Origin: an uncultured Chloroflexia bacterium
Lineage (GTDB): Bacteria > Chloroflexota > Dehalococcoidia > DSTF01 > WHTK01
Assembly (NCBI GenBank): GCA_963711035.1
Contig: CAVQCN010000001.1
Location: 1,025,942-1,089,941, forward strand
Length of the DNA stretch: 64,000 nt
Reading direction: 5' to 3'
Part shown: positions 18,200 to 27,224 of the stretch, piece after piece
Position numbering within the stretch: the first letter of the stretch is position 1
Layout: every line of letters begins with the position of its first letter
Made by a program: the position numbers and the translations under genes
The notes under the pieces: model-generated
The model's input: only the letters and a program-made list of their open reading frames with translations
What the model was told of the DNA's origin: nothing
Database searches by the model: none

Positions 18200-18823
18200 A
18201 TGTACATTCCCAAGCCATTCCGGGTCGATGACGTCTCAACTCTGCGAGCGTTCATGGAGGCCTACAACTTCGCGACGGTCATCAGCGATGGCTCAAGCGG
18301 CCTGGTCGCCAGTCATTTGCCGTTGCTGGTCAACGCGGATGACGAAGGCCACATCACGCTGCTCGGGCATATGGCGCGTGCCAATTCGCAGTGGCGCGAT
18401 TTCGAGGATGGCGTCGAGGTGCTGGCGACGTTTCACGGTCCGCATGGGTACGTTACGCCCAGGCTATACGATGACCCGATAAGTGTCCCGACATGGAATT
18501 ACATGGTCGTCCACGCCTACGGCAACCCCCGGTTGTTGCGTGAGGACGCGGCGAAGCGTAACGCGCTTGCTGAGCTGGTCGAGTTCCACGAGGCAGGCGC
18601 GGGCAACCCGTGGCGACTCGATCTTCCCGAGGACTATCTGGCTCGAATGACAGATCAGATCGTGGCCTTCCAGATCGTGGTAGACCGGCTCGAGGGCAAG
18701 TTCAAGCTGAGTCAGAACCGTCCATCGGCCGATCGTCTCAACGTGGCGCAGAGCTTCGAGGGGTCCGATCCGATGCTGCGCGCGTTGGGTCAGGCGATGC
18801 GTAACGCCGGCGAGCGAGTCTGA
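18200..18823 (+). CDS. FMN-binding negative transcriptional regulator (PaiB family)
   Basis: ATG at 18200 with GAGGA 5 nt upstream gives MYIPKPFRVDDVSTLRAFMEAYNFATVI...NYMVVHAYG...; PaiB-like. Confidence 0.75.
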   Translation: MYIPKPFRVDDVSTLRAFMEAYNFATVISDGSSGLVASHLPLLVNADDEGHITLLGHMARANSQWRDFEDGVEVLATFHGPHGYVTPRLYDDPISVPTWNYMVVHAYGNPRLLREDAAKRNALAELVEFHEAGAGNPWRLDLPEDYLARMTDQIVAFQIVVDRLEGKFKLSQNRPSADRLNVAQSFEGSDPMLRALGQAMRNAGERV

Positions 18824-18899
18824 GCGTTCTGGACAGAGTCCGGCCCGCTGGGGTACGATCCGGTCTACACACCCGATTCGCATTTGCGAGGAGAACACC

Positions 18900-19322
18900 T
18901 TGGCTCACAGTCGATCTGCCCTCAAGCGCTGGCGACAGTCGCTCATGCGCCGCGACCGCAACCGCTCCATCAAGAGCCGCACCCGGACGCTCGTCAACAA
19001 GGCCATGACGTCGGTGGGAACCGACTCGGCCGAGGCGTCCGTCAAGGCGGCGGTGAGCGCGCTGGACCGGGCCGCGCAGGACGGAATCATCCACAAGAAC
19101 GCGGCCGCGCGCGGCAAGTCGCGGCTGCTGAAGCGCTATAACCTGGCCACGGCATCGGCGGTCGCGGCGGCAGCTGCCGCCGGCGAGACGCCTACGCCGG
19201 AGAGCGGCACCAAGGGCAGGACATCTTCGCGCTCGTCTTCGACTCGCAGCCGCACTACGCGCAGCACGAGCGAGAAGACGCCAGACAAGACGCCGCGCAC
19301 GCGGAGCCGCAAGTCCGAATAG
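18900..19322 (+). CDS. rpsT: 30S ribosomal protein S20 with ~55-aa Ala/Ser/Thr/Arg-rich C-terminal extension; TTG start
   Basis: MAHSRSALKRWRQSLMRRDRNRSIKSRTRTLVNKA... S20 core, then AAAAAGETPTPESGTKGRTSSRSSSTRSRTTRSTSEKTP tail. Confidence 0.85.
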   Translation: MAHSRSALKRWRQSLMRRDRNRSIKSRTRTLVNKAMTSVGTDSAEASVKAAVSALDRAAQDGIIHKNAAARGKSRLLKRYNLATASAVAAAAAAGETPTPESGTKGRTSSRSSSTRSRTTRSTSEKTPDKTPRTRSRKSE

Positions 19323-19343
19323 TTCGGTCCATCTGAGGGCGCC

Positions 19344-20390
19344 ATGAAGGCCTGCGTCTTTCACGCACCGGGTGAAGTCAGCGTCGTCGACATGCCGCCG
19401 CCCGAGCCCGGCCACGGCGAAATCTTGCTGCGCATTGGCGCTACCGGCCTCTGTCACTCCGACGTTCGCGTCTACAAGGGCGAGAAGTATGCCAAGCCCG
19501 GCGTCGTCCCCGGCCATGAGACCGCGGGCGTCGTCGTCGGCATCGGCGGCGGCGTCAAAGGCTTCGCCGAGGGCGACAAGGTGGCGCTCTGTCCGATCAT
19601 CGCCTGCGGCATTTGCGAGTTCTGCCGCGCCGGCAAGCGCAACCGCTGCCCCTCGCGCCTCACGCTGGGCTACGACGAGAACGGTGGCATGGCCGAGTAC
19701 ATGGTCGTGCCCAACTCGATCATCCGCATGGGCCACGTCTTCCACCTGCCAGAAGGCCTCTCGCTCTCACTGGCGTCGCTACTGGAGCCGACCTCCTGCG
19801 TCCTCAACTCGCTGGAGCTGCTCGGTGTCGGCGCCGGGACGCTGCTTCTGCTGATCGGCGGCGGTCCTATGGGCCTGCTGCACCTCGTCCTGGCGCAGCA
19901 GCTCGGCGCCATGGTCGTCGTCAGCGAGCCGGACGAGGGCCGGCGCAGCTGGGCGCGCAAGCTCGGCGCCTTCGAGACGATCGACCCGATGGCGCAGGAC
20001 ACGGCGGCCGTGATCAAGGAGATCAGCGACGGCGCCGGCGCGGACGTGACCATCGTGACCGCCGGCATCTCCGCCGCGGCAGCGACGGCGCTGGGTACGG
20101 TGAAGCGCCAGGGCAATATAGGCCTCTTCGCAGGCTTCCCTCCCAAGTCGGTGGTGGAGCTCGACCCCAACGTGATCCACTACAACGAGATCGTCCTGAC
20201 CGGTTCGCAGAACGCCAACATTGACCAGTACCGCCGCACGCTGGAGATGCTGCCGCGCCTCGGCGACCTGCGGCAGCTCGTCACGCACAGCTTCACGATC
20301 GACAACGCGCCGATGGCGTACGAGTCGCGCCTCGACAAAGAAGGCCTCAAGTCCGAGGTCTACTTCCCTGACGTCCTCAACAGCAACTAG
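19344..20390 (+). CDS. Zinc-dependent alcohol dehydrogenase (MDR family, threonine/sorbitol dehydrogenase-like)
   Basis: 348 aa, GHETAGVV, structural-zinc CPIIACGICEFCRAGKRNRCP, Rossmann LLLIGGGPMGLL. Confidence 0.85.
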   Translation: MKACVFHAPGEVSVVDMPPPEPGHGEILLRIGATGLCHSDVRVYKGEKYAKPGVVPGHETAGVVVGIGGGVKGFAEGDKVALCPIIACGICEFCRAGKRNRCPSRLTLGYDENGGMAEYMVVPNSIIRMGHVFHLPEGLSLSLASLLEPTSCVLNSLELLGVGAGTLLLLIGGGPMGLLHLVLAQQLGAMVVVSEPDEGRRSWARKLGAFETIDPMAQDTAAVIKEISDGAGADVTIVTAGISAAAATALGTVKRQGNIGLFAGFPPKSVVELDPNVIHYNEIVLTGSQNANIDQYRRTLEMLPRLGDLRQLVTHSFTIDNAPMAYESRLDKEGLKSEVYFPDVLNSN

Positions 20391-20591
20391 CTGCGAGCTT
20401 TCAGCGGCGAGATAGTTCGTCGTCATTGCGAGGAGCGCCAGCGACGTGGCAATCTCGGTCGGTCGGGCCGTCCTCGGACGTGGCCGTGTCAGGATTGCAG
20501 CGTCTCTACCGTGATGGAAGCAGCCCCCGCAGCCCCAGATTGCCGCGCCTTGCTGCCGCAATGGCTTGCAATGACAACGCGGAGCCGACGG

Positions 20592-22001
20592 TCAGGGAGA
20601 CTGCGTCGGGGACGCGAAGGCGGCGTCGACGCGCGCGTCCGAGCCGAGGATGACGACGATGTCGGCGTTCGAGGTGCGCAGAGAGGCGTCGGCGGCGGTG
20701 GCCTTGCGGATGCTGGACGAAGGGACGCTGAGCCAGCCGGCCAGGCGCTGCGCCGTGTACGTTTTCCCGGTGAAGTCGATGATCTGGGTGGTCGCGCTCG
20801 TCGTGGCGGCGTTGTTCACGGCGATGAGCGAGGACTGCGGTATGCCGAGGCTGGTGAAGTAGTCGATAGCCTGGGTGGCGGCGCCGTCGACGCCGGTGGC
20901 GTTCTGCACCTCGACGGTGGCGTTTTCGGTGTTCAGCTTGTTGTCGGCCAGGAAGGCGTCAACGATCTGCTTGACGCCCTCCTCCGAGGGCAGCAGGACC
21001 TCTGCACCCGTGGACGGAATCGTATACGGCGTCGTCGCAGGGGCGAGCGACATGAGTGTGATCTGATCCTGGTGGATCTGCGTTGCCAGCCGGGCGAAGC
21101 CGGGGATCTGCTGATCGTTGATGTCAGTCGTAATCGTGTCCTTGTAGCGCTTCCAGAGGCTGACCATGTTGTCGACGCTGCTGAGCAGGTTCAGGCTCGT
21201 TGCCTTGTCCATGACGGCGAAGATGACGAGTTGCTGGCGCAGGATGCGGTCGAGGTCGCTGGAGTTGAAGCGCGTGCGGGAGAAGCAGAGCGCGTCGCTG
21301 GCATCCATGTGGTGCATGCCGGCGTCGAAGATGCAGGGGTAGTAGTCGCCAAGCAGCTCCGTTTCCGAGTAGTACGGGTCGTCCACGGCGAGGCTCGGGG
21401 GCACATCAACGTCGATGCCGCCCAGGCTGTCGATGATCTTCTTGAAGCCCTGGAAATCGATCAAGACGTAGTAGTCGATCTTGATGCCCAGCAGGTTCTC
21501 GACCGTCGTCTCCACGGTCCTGATACCACCGCCGGGGTAGTGACCGTTTTCGCCGTAGATGTAGGCGGTGTTGACTCGGTCCTGGAAGGTGCCGTTCGGC
21601 GACGGGATGTTGACCCAGAGGTCGCGCGGGATCGCCAGGCCTCGCGCGGTCTTCGTGCCGGGATCGATGCTCAGGACGAACATGGTGTCGGTGCGGGAGG
21701 GCGCGTTGCCTTCGTAGGGGCGGCGGTCCAGGCCCATGACAAGGATGTTGATGCGTCCGCCGCTACCTATGTTGCTCGTGTTGCCTTTGTCGATGCCCGG
21801 CACGTTGCCGAGGATGCCGCCTATCTGGATCTCGTTGCCCGGGAAGAAGATCTGGTCGATCTGCGTGGCGACGACCAGCGCGGTGTAAAAGGCGCCAACG
21901 GCGAGCACGAGGATGCCGGCAATGAAGAGTATCCGATTGCGTGCTTTGGGCCGGGAACGTCTGCGGGGAGGTGGCGCGTCATTGCGCGAGCGACGGGACA
22001 T
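20592..22001 (-). CDS. LCP-family (LytR-CpsA-Psr) cell-envelope polymer transferase
   Basis: 469 aa; N-terminal basic tail + TM (RILFIAGILVLAVGAFYTALVV); LCP core TDTMFVLSIDPGTKTARGLAIPRDLWVNIP. Confidence 0.85.
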   Translation of the reverse strand: MSRRSRNDAPPPRRRSRPKARNRILFIAGILVLAVGAFYTALVVATQIDQIFFPGNEIQIGGILGNVPGIDKGNTSNIGSGGRINILVMGLDRRPYEGNAPSRTDTMFVLSIDPGTKTARGLAIPRDLWVNIPSPNGTFQDRVNTAYIYGENGHYPGGGIRTVETTVENLLGIKIDYYVLIDFQGFKKIIDSLGGIDVDVPPSLAVDDPYYSETELLGDYYPCIFDAGMHHMDASDALCFSRTRFNSSDLDRILRQQLVIFAVMDKATSLNLLSSVDNMVSLWKRYKDTITTDINDQQIPGFARLATQIHQDQITLMSLAPATTPYTIPSTGAEVLLPSEEGVKQIVDAFLADNKLNTENATVEVQNATGVDGAATQAIDYFTSLGIPQSSLIAVNNAATTSATTQIIDFTGKTYTAQRLAGWLSVPSSSIRKATAADASLRTSNADIVVILGSDARVDAAFASPTQSP

Positions 22002-22136
22002 CGCTATTGAACGTATCGTGCGGAGAAATCGGCGTCAAGTTGTTCACATGTCAGGCAACGCGGCTCGCCCTTGCCGGTTGACAGCCCGATCGGCTGGCGC
22101 CTACCATCGGCGCGTCCTGACATAAGGAGAGATGGC

Positions 22137-22901
22137 ATGAACTACGAGCGGCTGCAGCTGCGCCGCGACGGTTCCGTAGCGCGTATCGTCTTGGCGCGTC
22201 CCGCCGAGGCGAACCGCGTCGATCTGCGGCTGCTGCGCGAGCTCACCGGCGCGGCGGAGCAGTTGTCCGATGCAACCGACGTGCGTGTCGTCGTCGTCGA
22301 AGCGGAGGGCAACGACTTCTGCGCCGGCTGGGCGCCGGACGCTCGCGAGGCGCTGCTGGGATCAGGCCTGGACGCTGTCGATCCGTTCGGGCCCATCGCC
22401 GGCTTGCCGGTGCCGGTCGTGGCGGCGCTGCACGGTGAGGTGAGCAGCGCCGGCCTCGAGCTGGCGCTGTGCTGCGACGTCCGCATCGCCGCGGAGGACG
22501 CACGTTTCTCGATGCCTGAGGTATCGGAGGGCATTCTGCCGCTGGCGGGCGGCAGCCAGCGGCTGCCGCGCATCGTCGGACGGGCGCAGGCGCTCTCGAT
22601 GCTGCTGCTGAGCGAGCCGGTCGATGCGCCGGCGGCGTACGCCTGCGGTCTCGTCAGCCGAGTGGTCGCGAAGCAGGATCTGGAGGCCGAGGTGACGGCG
22701 CTGGCCGGTACGATCAACTCGCGTGGTCCTTTGGGCGTGCGCTACGCCAAGGAAGCCGCGTCGCGCGGTGTTGAGATGTCACTCGAGCAAGGGCTGCGCT
22801 TCGAGACCGATCTCTCGATCATTCTGCAGACCACGCGCGACCGTGCGGAAGGGCTGAAGGCGTTCTTCGAGAAGCGGCCGCCGCAGTTCGAGGGCCGCTA
22901 A
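22137..22901 (+). CDS. Enoyl-CoA hydratase/isomerase (crotonase) family protein
   Basis: ATG 22137 with AAGGAGAG 7 nt upstream; MNYERLQLRRDGSVARIVLARP...FCAGWA...VAALHGEVSSAGLELALCCDVRIAAEDARF. Confidence 0.85.
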   Translation: MNYERLQLRRDGSVARIVLARPAEANRVDLRLLRELTGAAEQLSDATDVRVVVVEAEGNDFCAGWAPDAREALLGSGLDAVDPFGPIAGLPVPVVAALHGEVSSAGLELALCCDVRIAAEDARFSMPEVSEGILPLAGGSQRLPRIVGRAQALSMLLLSEPVDAPAAYACGLVSRVVAKQDLEAEVTALAGTINSRGPLGVRYAKEAASRGVEMSLEQGLRFETDLSIILQTTRDRAEGLKAFFEKRPPQFEGR

Positions 22902-22995
22902 AGGTTTGCATTCCGCGCACGAGGTTCGCGAGAGGCGCTTCTTTGAAGGCGCGCAGACGGTATGATTACGTTCACACTTCTTAGAGGGGGAGCCC

Positions 22996-23259
22996 ATGCA
23001 GATCATTCTCGAATCTGACGAAGCCTGGTCGATCATGAGCCTCGTCGTCGCGCAGGTGCTCGATCAGGTCGATCTGTCGGAGGAAGGCCAGACCGTCGTC
23101 CGTCGCTGGCGCAGCGATCATAACGATGGCACCACCGAGATGTCCGAGCTCACGGTCTCGATGAACGAAGCCCTGGGTACGGTTCTGGACGAGAAGACGA
23201 CCCGCCTGGTGCGGCGCAAGGGCTGGTACGTTTCCACGGGCGGGGAGCGCCAGGCATGA
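22996..23259 (+). CDS. Small acidic hypothetical protein (87 aa), paralog A
   Basis: MQIILESDEAWSIMSLVVAQVLDQVDLSEEGQTVVRRWRSDH...; clear paralog of the next ORF; ATGA overlap. Confidence 0.5.
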   Translation: MQIILESDEAWSIMSLVVAQVLDQVDLSEEGQTVVRRWRSDHNDGTTEMSELTVSMNEALGTVLDEKTTRLVRRKGWYVSTGGERQA

Positions 23260-23495
23260 AAGTCGAATTTGAAACCGAAGAAGCCTGGGACCTGATGTCT
23301 CACGTCATCGGTCGCATGCTCGAAGAGTGCGAGCTGTCTGATTCCGACCGCGCTCGCATCCGGCGCTGGAAGAGCGACGAGATGCGCGTCACCAGCCAGG
23401 AGATGAAGGTCCTGGGCGAGAAGATCAACACCGATCTGGAGCAGACTTTCGCCCGCAAGAGCCGCAGCCAGATCCGCAAACCCGACTGGCGCTGA
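23256..23495 (+). CDS. Small acidic hypothetical protein (79 aa), paralog B
   Basis: MKVEFETEEAWDLMSHVIGRMLEECELSDSDRARIRRWKSDE...; shares EEAW..MS.V....L.....S......RRW.SD with paralog A. Confidence 0.5.
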   Translation: MKVEFETEEAWDLMSHVIGRMLEECELSDSDRARIRRWKSDEMRVTSQEMKVLGEKINTDLEQTFARKSRSQIRKPDWR

Positions 23496-23592
23496 GCCAG
23501 TGCATGGCGCGCAAACCGCGCGGAGTGTCTCCGCAATGCGGATCGTGAGAGAAGCCGTCCAGCGGTGGGTGCTCGTGTAGTGGGGAGTTGTT

Positions 23593-24318
23593 TTGGCTGA
23601 GGAGAGCCTGCTCCTGGAACAGCAGGGTGGTATCGCCTGGCTGACTCTGAACCGGCCCCAGGTGCACAACGCCATCAACCTGGAGCTGCGCGACGCGCTG
23701 TGGGCAGCGCTCGACGCCGTCAGCCTCGATCCAGATGTGGGCGTGCTCGTCTTTCGCGGCGCCGGTGAGCGGGCGTTCTCGGCCGGCGCAGACCTCGCCG
23801 ACTTCGGTACGGCGTCGTCGTTCACGGAGGCGCGTCGAGGCCGCCGCGAGCGTGACCTCTGGGGGCGCCTCGCCTTCTTCGAGAAACCCATGATCGCGGC
23901 GGTGCAGGGCTTCGCGCTCGGCGCCGGCTGCGAGCTCAGCCTGTACTGCGACCTGCGTATCGCCGCCCCGGAGGCGCGCTTCGGTCTGCCGGAGGTGTCG
24001 CTAGGGTATCTGCCGACGGCGGGTGGCAGCCAGACGCTACCACGCATCGCGGGACTGGGACGTGCCCTGCACATGATCTGCAGCGGCGTGGCTGTCCCGG
24101 CGCAGCAAGCGCTGGAGTACGGCATCATCCACGAAGTCGTGCCTCGCGACCAGCTTTACGCGCGGGCGGAGGCGCTGGCGCAGCGCTTGCTGGCGCAACC
24201 GGCAGAGGTGCTGAAAGCGACCAAGGCGGCCGTGCTGCAGGGCCTGGACATGAGCCTGGAGACCGGCCTGCGCTTCGAGGCGGCGCAGCGTTCCTCTCCG
24301 TCACACCTTCCCCGTTAA
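23593..24318 (+). CDS. Enoyl-CoA hydratase/isomerase family protein (second paralog; TTG start)
   Basis: 241 aa ...GIAWLTLNRPQVHNAINLEL...FSAGADL...MIAAVQGFALGAGCELSLYCDLRIAAPEARFGLPE. Confidence 0.85.
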   Translation: MAEESLLLEQQGGIAWLTLNRPQVHNAINLELRDALWAALDAVSLDPDVGVLVFRGAGERAFSAGADLADFGTASSFTEARRGRRERDLWGRLAFFEKPMIAAVQGFALGAGCELSLYCDLRIAAPEARFGLPEVSLGYLPTAGGSQTLPRIAGLGRALHMICSGVAVPAQQALEYGIIHEVVPRDQLYARAEALAQRLLAQPAEVLKATKAAVLQGLDMSLETGLRFEAAQRSSPSHLPR

Positions 24319-24365
24319 GTCGGCGTCGTTTTATCCTAGGCGTCACAAGCAGCGAGAGGGCGCTG

Positions 24366-25934
24366 ATGAATCCAGCCGAGTTTCTCACCATTAGCAGTGC
24401 GGTCCTGCCCGACCGTGAAGCGCTCGTCTCCGGCGACGGCAGCAAGCGCATCACGTACGCAGAGATGGCCTCCCGTGTGACGCGGCTGGCCAACGCCCTC
24501 GTCGGAATGGGCGTGGAGCAGGGCACCCGCGTGGCGCTGATGTCGACGAACTCCCCCGAGTGCGTCGAGGTCTATTACGCGACGGCCAAGCTGGGCGGCT
24601 GCTTCGTGCCGATCAACTACCGCGCCAAGCGCGAAGAGCTCTCGTACATGCTCAACGCGTCGGGCGCCACCGTCTTGTTCATCGAGAGCCGTTACCTGGA
24701 GCTGCTCGCGTCCGTGCGCGCCGAGCTCGAGACTTTGCGCGAGGTCGTCGTACTCGACCGCGAGGTCGAAGCTATGCCGACCTACGATGCGCTGCTGGCC
24801 GGCGCCGGGGAAGACGAGCTCTTCATAGACGTCGACCTGAGCCAGCCGACGGCGCTGATCTTCACTTCGGGTACGACGGCACTGCCCAAGGGCGTCGAGC
24901 TCACGTTCATGAATCTGGCGCTGTACGTGCTGAACACGATGAGCCCGGCCGACCCGACTACGCCGCCCGAGAAGACGCTCGTCTCGGTGACCGTGGCGCA
25001 CGTGGCCGGTCTCACTGCGATCCTGTCCTCGATCTGGGGCGGTCGCACGCTCGTGACGCTGTCGCAGTTCGACCCGGAAGGCTGGCTGCTCGCCGTGCAG
25101 CGCGAGGGCGTGACCCACAGCTTCGTGGTTCCGACGATGCTGAAGCGCATTATGGACAGCCCGGTCTTCGACCGCCATGACCTCAGCTCCCTGCAGCTCA
25201 TCACCTACGGCGCCGCGCCGATGCCGTTCGACGTCGTCTGTCGCGCCATTGAGGTATTCAGCTGCGGCCTGATGAATGCTTACGGCCAGACCGAAAGCAC
25301 GTCGTCTCTTACCTACCTGGGGCCGGAAGACCATCGTATGGACGGCTCTGAGGAGGAGAACGCGCTCAAGTTCCACCGCCTGCGCTCCGTCGGCCGGCCC
25401 ATGGACGACGTCGAGATCGCAATCATGGACCCGAAGGGCCGGCCGCTGTCCCGGGGCGAAGAGGGCGAGATCTGCGTCAAGAGCGCGCGGGTCATGAAGG
25501 AGTATCTCAACCAGGTCGAGGCCACGTCTGAAGCCGTGCAGGACGGCTGGCTGCACACCGGCGACCAGGGTTACCTTGACGAAGAGAACTATTTGTTCAT
25601 TACGGGCCGCGTGAAGGACCTGATCATCCGCGGCGGCGAGAACATTTCCCCCGGCGAAATCGAGTCCATTCTCGAGGGCCATCCCGAGATCGACGAGGCA
25701 GCCGTCATCGGCGTGCCGGATTCAGAGTGGGGCGAGGCGGTGAAGGCAATCGTGGTGCCGGTGCCGGGCGCTGAGGCCACGGTGGACGACATCCGCAGCT
25801 ACTGCCGCGAGCACCTCTCCAGCTACAAGACGCCGGCTTACGTCGCCTTCCTGGATGAGCTGCCGCGCAACCCGATGGGCAAGGTGCTCAAAACGGATCT
25901 GCGCCGCGAGCACGGCGGCGCCGACAACAACTGA
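24366..25934 (+). CDS. AMP-dependent acyl-CoA synthetase (fatty-acid--CoA ligase)
   Basis: 522 aa; AMP-binding motifs LIFTSGTTALPKGV, YGQTE, GWLHTGD, ...PRNPMGKVLK. Confidence 0.9.
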   Translation: MNPAEFLTISSAVLPDREALVSGDGSKRITYAEMASRVTRLANALVGMGVEQGTRVALMSTNSPECVEVYYATAKLGGCFVPINYRAKREELSYMLNASGATVLFIESRYLELLASVRAELETLREVVVLDREVEAMPTYDALLAGAGEDELFIDVDLSQPTALIFTSGTTALPKGVELTFMNLALYVLNTMSPADPTTPPEKTLVSVTVAHVAGLTAILSSIWGGRTLVTLSQFDPEGWLLAVQREGVTHSFVVPTMLKRIMDSPVFDRHDLSSLQLITYGAAPMPFDVVCRAIEVFSCGLMNAYGQTESTSSLTYLGPEDHRMDGSEEENALKFHRLRSVGRPMDDVEIAIMDPKGRPLSRGEEGEICVKSARVMKEYLNQVEATSEAVQDGWLHTGDQGYLDEENYLFITGRVKDLIIRGGENISPGEIESILEGHPEIDEAAVIGVPDSEWGEAVKAIVVPVPGAEATVDDIRSYCREHLSSYKTPAYVAFLDELPRNPMGKVLKTDLRREHGGADNN

Positions 25935-25974
25935 CGCCGGGCAACTCGACTGGCTGCTGCATAACCCACGTGTG

Positions 25975-26445
25975 TGGCCGACTTCGCTGAGGGCCAGACC
26001 CTTCGCTCCGCTCAGAGTGACAACGCAGCAGGTGTGTCATGCTGAGCGCCCGCGAAGCATCTCCCGGTGCCCCACGCCTCGACGTTCCGTGCATCCGCAC
26101 GGCCAGGACCACGTGTCGTCTTACGGATGGCGCAGCGTCCTGACGCTGGCCCGGGAGGCCTGCCCGCGCCTGGCGGTATCGGGGTTCGCCCCGACCGCAG
26201 CCGGGAGACCCTTCGCTCCACTCAGGGTGACAACGCAGCAGGCGTCATGCTGAGCGCCCGCGAAGCATCTCCCGGTAACCCAGCGCGGCGTCGTTTCAAA
26301 GCATACGCACGGCCAAGACCACGCGCCGCAATACAGCTGCCCCTGCGTCCTTACGGTGGCCCGCCGACCTGCCCGCCGGTTTCGGGGTTCGTACCGCCCG
26401 CGACGGGGAGACCCTTCGCTCCGCTCAGGGTGACAGCATTGCCGT
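25975..26445. repeat. Tandem array (about 2.3 copies of a ~210-bp unit), each unit containing a REP-like hairpin motif
   Basis: agacccttcgctcc(g/a)ctcag(a/g)gtgacaacgcagcagg...gtcatgctgagcgcccgcgaagcatctcccggt at 25996-26068 and 26206-26276, partial third copy at 26409-26440; flanking acgcacggccaagaccacg...cgtccttacgg...ctgcccgc...tcggggttcg also repeated. Confidence 0.6.
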
Positions 26446-26457
26446 AACGTACGAGAG

Positions 26458-27186
26458 CTATGTTTCGTCCTCTGTGTAGGGCGGTAGAGGCTCCAGCGGC
26501 GCCGCACCGTGGGTGGAGAAGCGGGCCCAGAGAGCCGCGGCGAGGGCATCGCTGGCCCTGCGATAGCCGGGGCAGTCGAAACGCAGGCGCGAGTCGTCGA
26601 AATCGACGTCGAAGTAGCTGCACTGGTGCGGATCTGCAGACTGTTCGTTCAGAAAGGGCCGGAAATGGCGGCAGCTGACGCACATGGCCGTCTCTGAGAC
26701 CTGATGGCCCATCTCAAGGCCCCGCACGAGCTTCATCAGGGCCCTCAGCAGCACTGTCTGCTCCGTCTCTGAGAGCGCTTCGGCGGCGCCGGTCAGGGCG
26801 CTGGATCCTTGAGATAGCCCTTCGGCGCGTTTTTCGCCCTCGCTCGTCAGGCGTATGGCCACGGCGCGGCCGTCGTCAGGCGCTGCCGTGCGCCTCAGAA
26901 GCCGTTTTTCGACCAGAGAAGAGACGGAATCGCTGGCTGAGGCGGGTGTGACGCCCAGACGCGCGGCTACCGCCGCCAACCGCATGCCTTCAGGCACACC
27001 GCGCAGGGTCGAGAGGATGGCCGCCTGCGTCGGTGTGAGGCGCTGATCGGCGCTGAGATGGCGAATTCCGCTGCGAAGCGCTCGTGAGATTGCTTCCTCT
27101 GCGATGCTCAGATGGCGACCAAAGTGAATTCGCCTGTCGTTTTCATCATACATAGCTAGGAATCCTAACGAGTTCTCAGCATACAA
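26458..27186 (-). CDS. MarR-family transcriptional regulator with Cys-rich C-terminal extension
   Basis: wHTH core ...LTPTQAAILSTLRGVPEGMRLAAVAARLGVTPASASDSVSSLVEKRLLRR...; C-terminal ~70 aa carry CVSCRHF...C...C. Confidence 0.8.
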   Translation of the reverse strand: MYAENSLGFLAMYDENDRRIHFGRHLSIAEEAISRALRSGIRHLSADQRLTPTQAAILSTLRGVPEGMRLAAVAARLGVTPASASDSVSSLVEKRLLRRTAAPDDGRAVAIRLTSEGEKRAEGLSQGSSALTGAAEALSETEQTVLLRALMKLVRGLEMGHQVSETAMCVSCRHFRPFLNEQSADPHQCSYFDVDFDDSRLRFDCPGYRRASDALAAALWARFSTHGAAPLEPLPPYTEDET

Positions 27187-27224
27187 CCGAAATCTCGTGA
27201 GGTCGAGCGGAGGATGAGGTGTTG

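Noticed and set aside
25975-26445. Possible CRISPR array
   Set aside because: The repeat unit is ~210 bp with only 2.3 copies and no short uniform spacers. The internal conserved part is an imperfect palindrome shared with dispersed intergenic copies. This is a REP/tandem-repeat structure, not CRISPR. No cas genes are present in the window.
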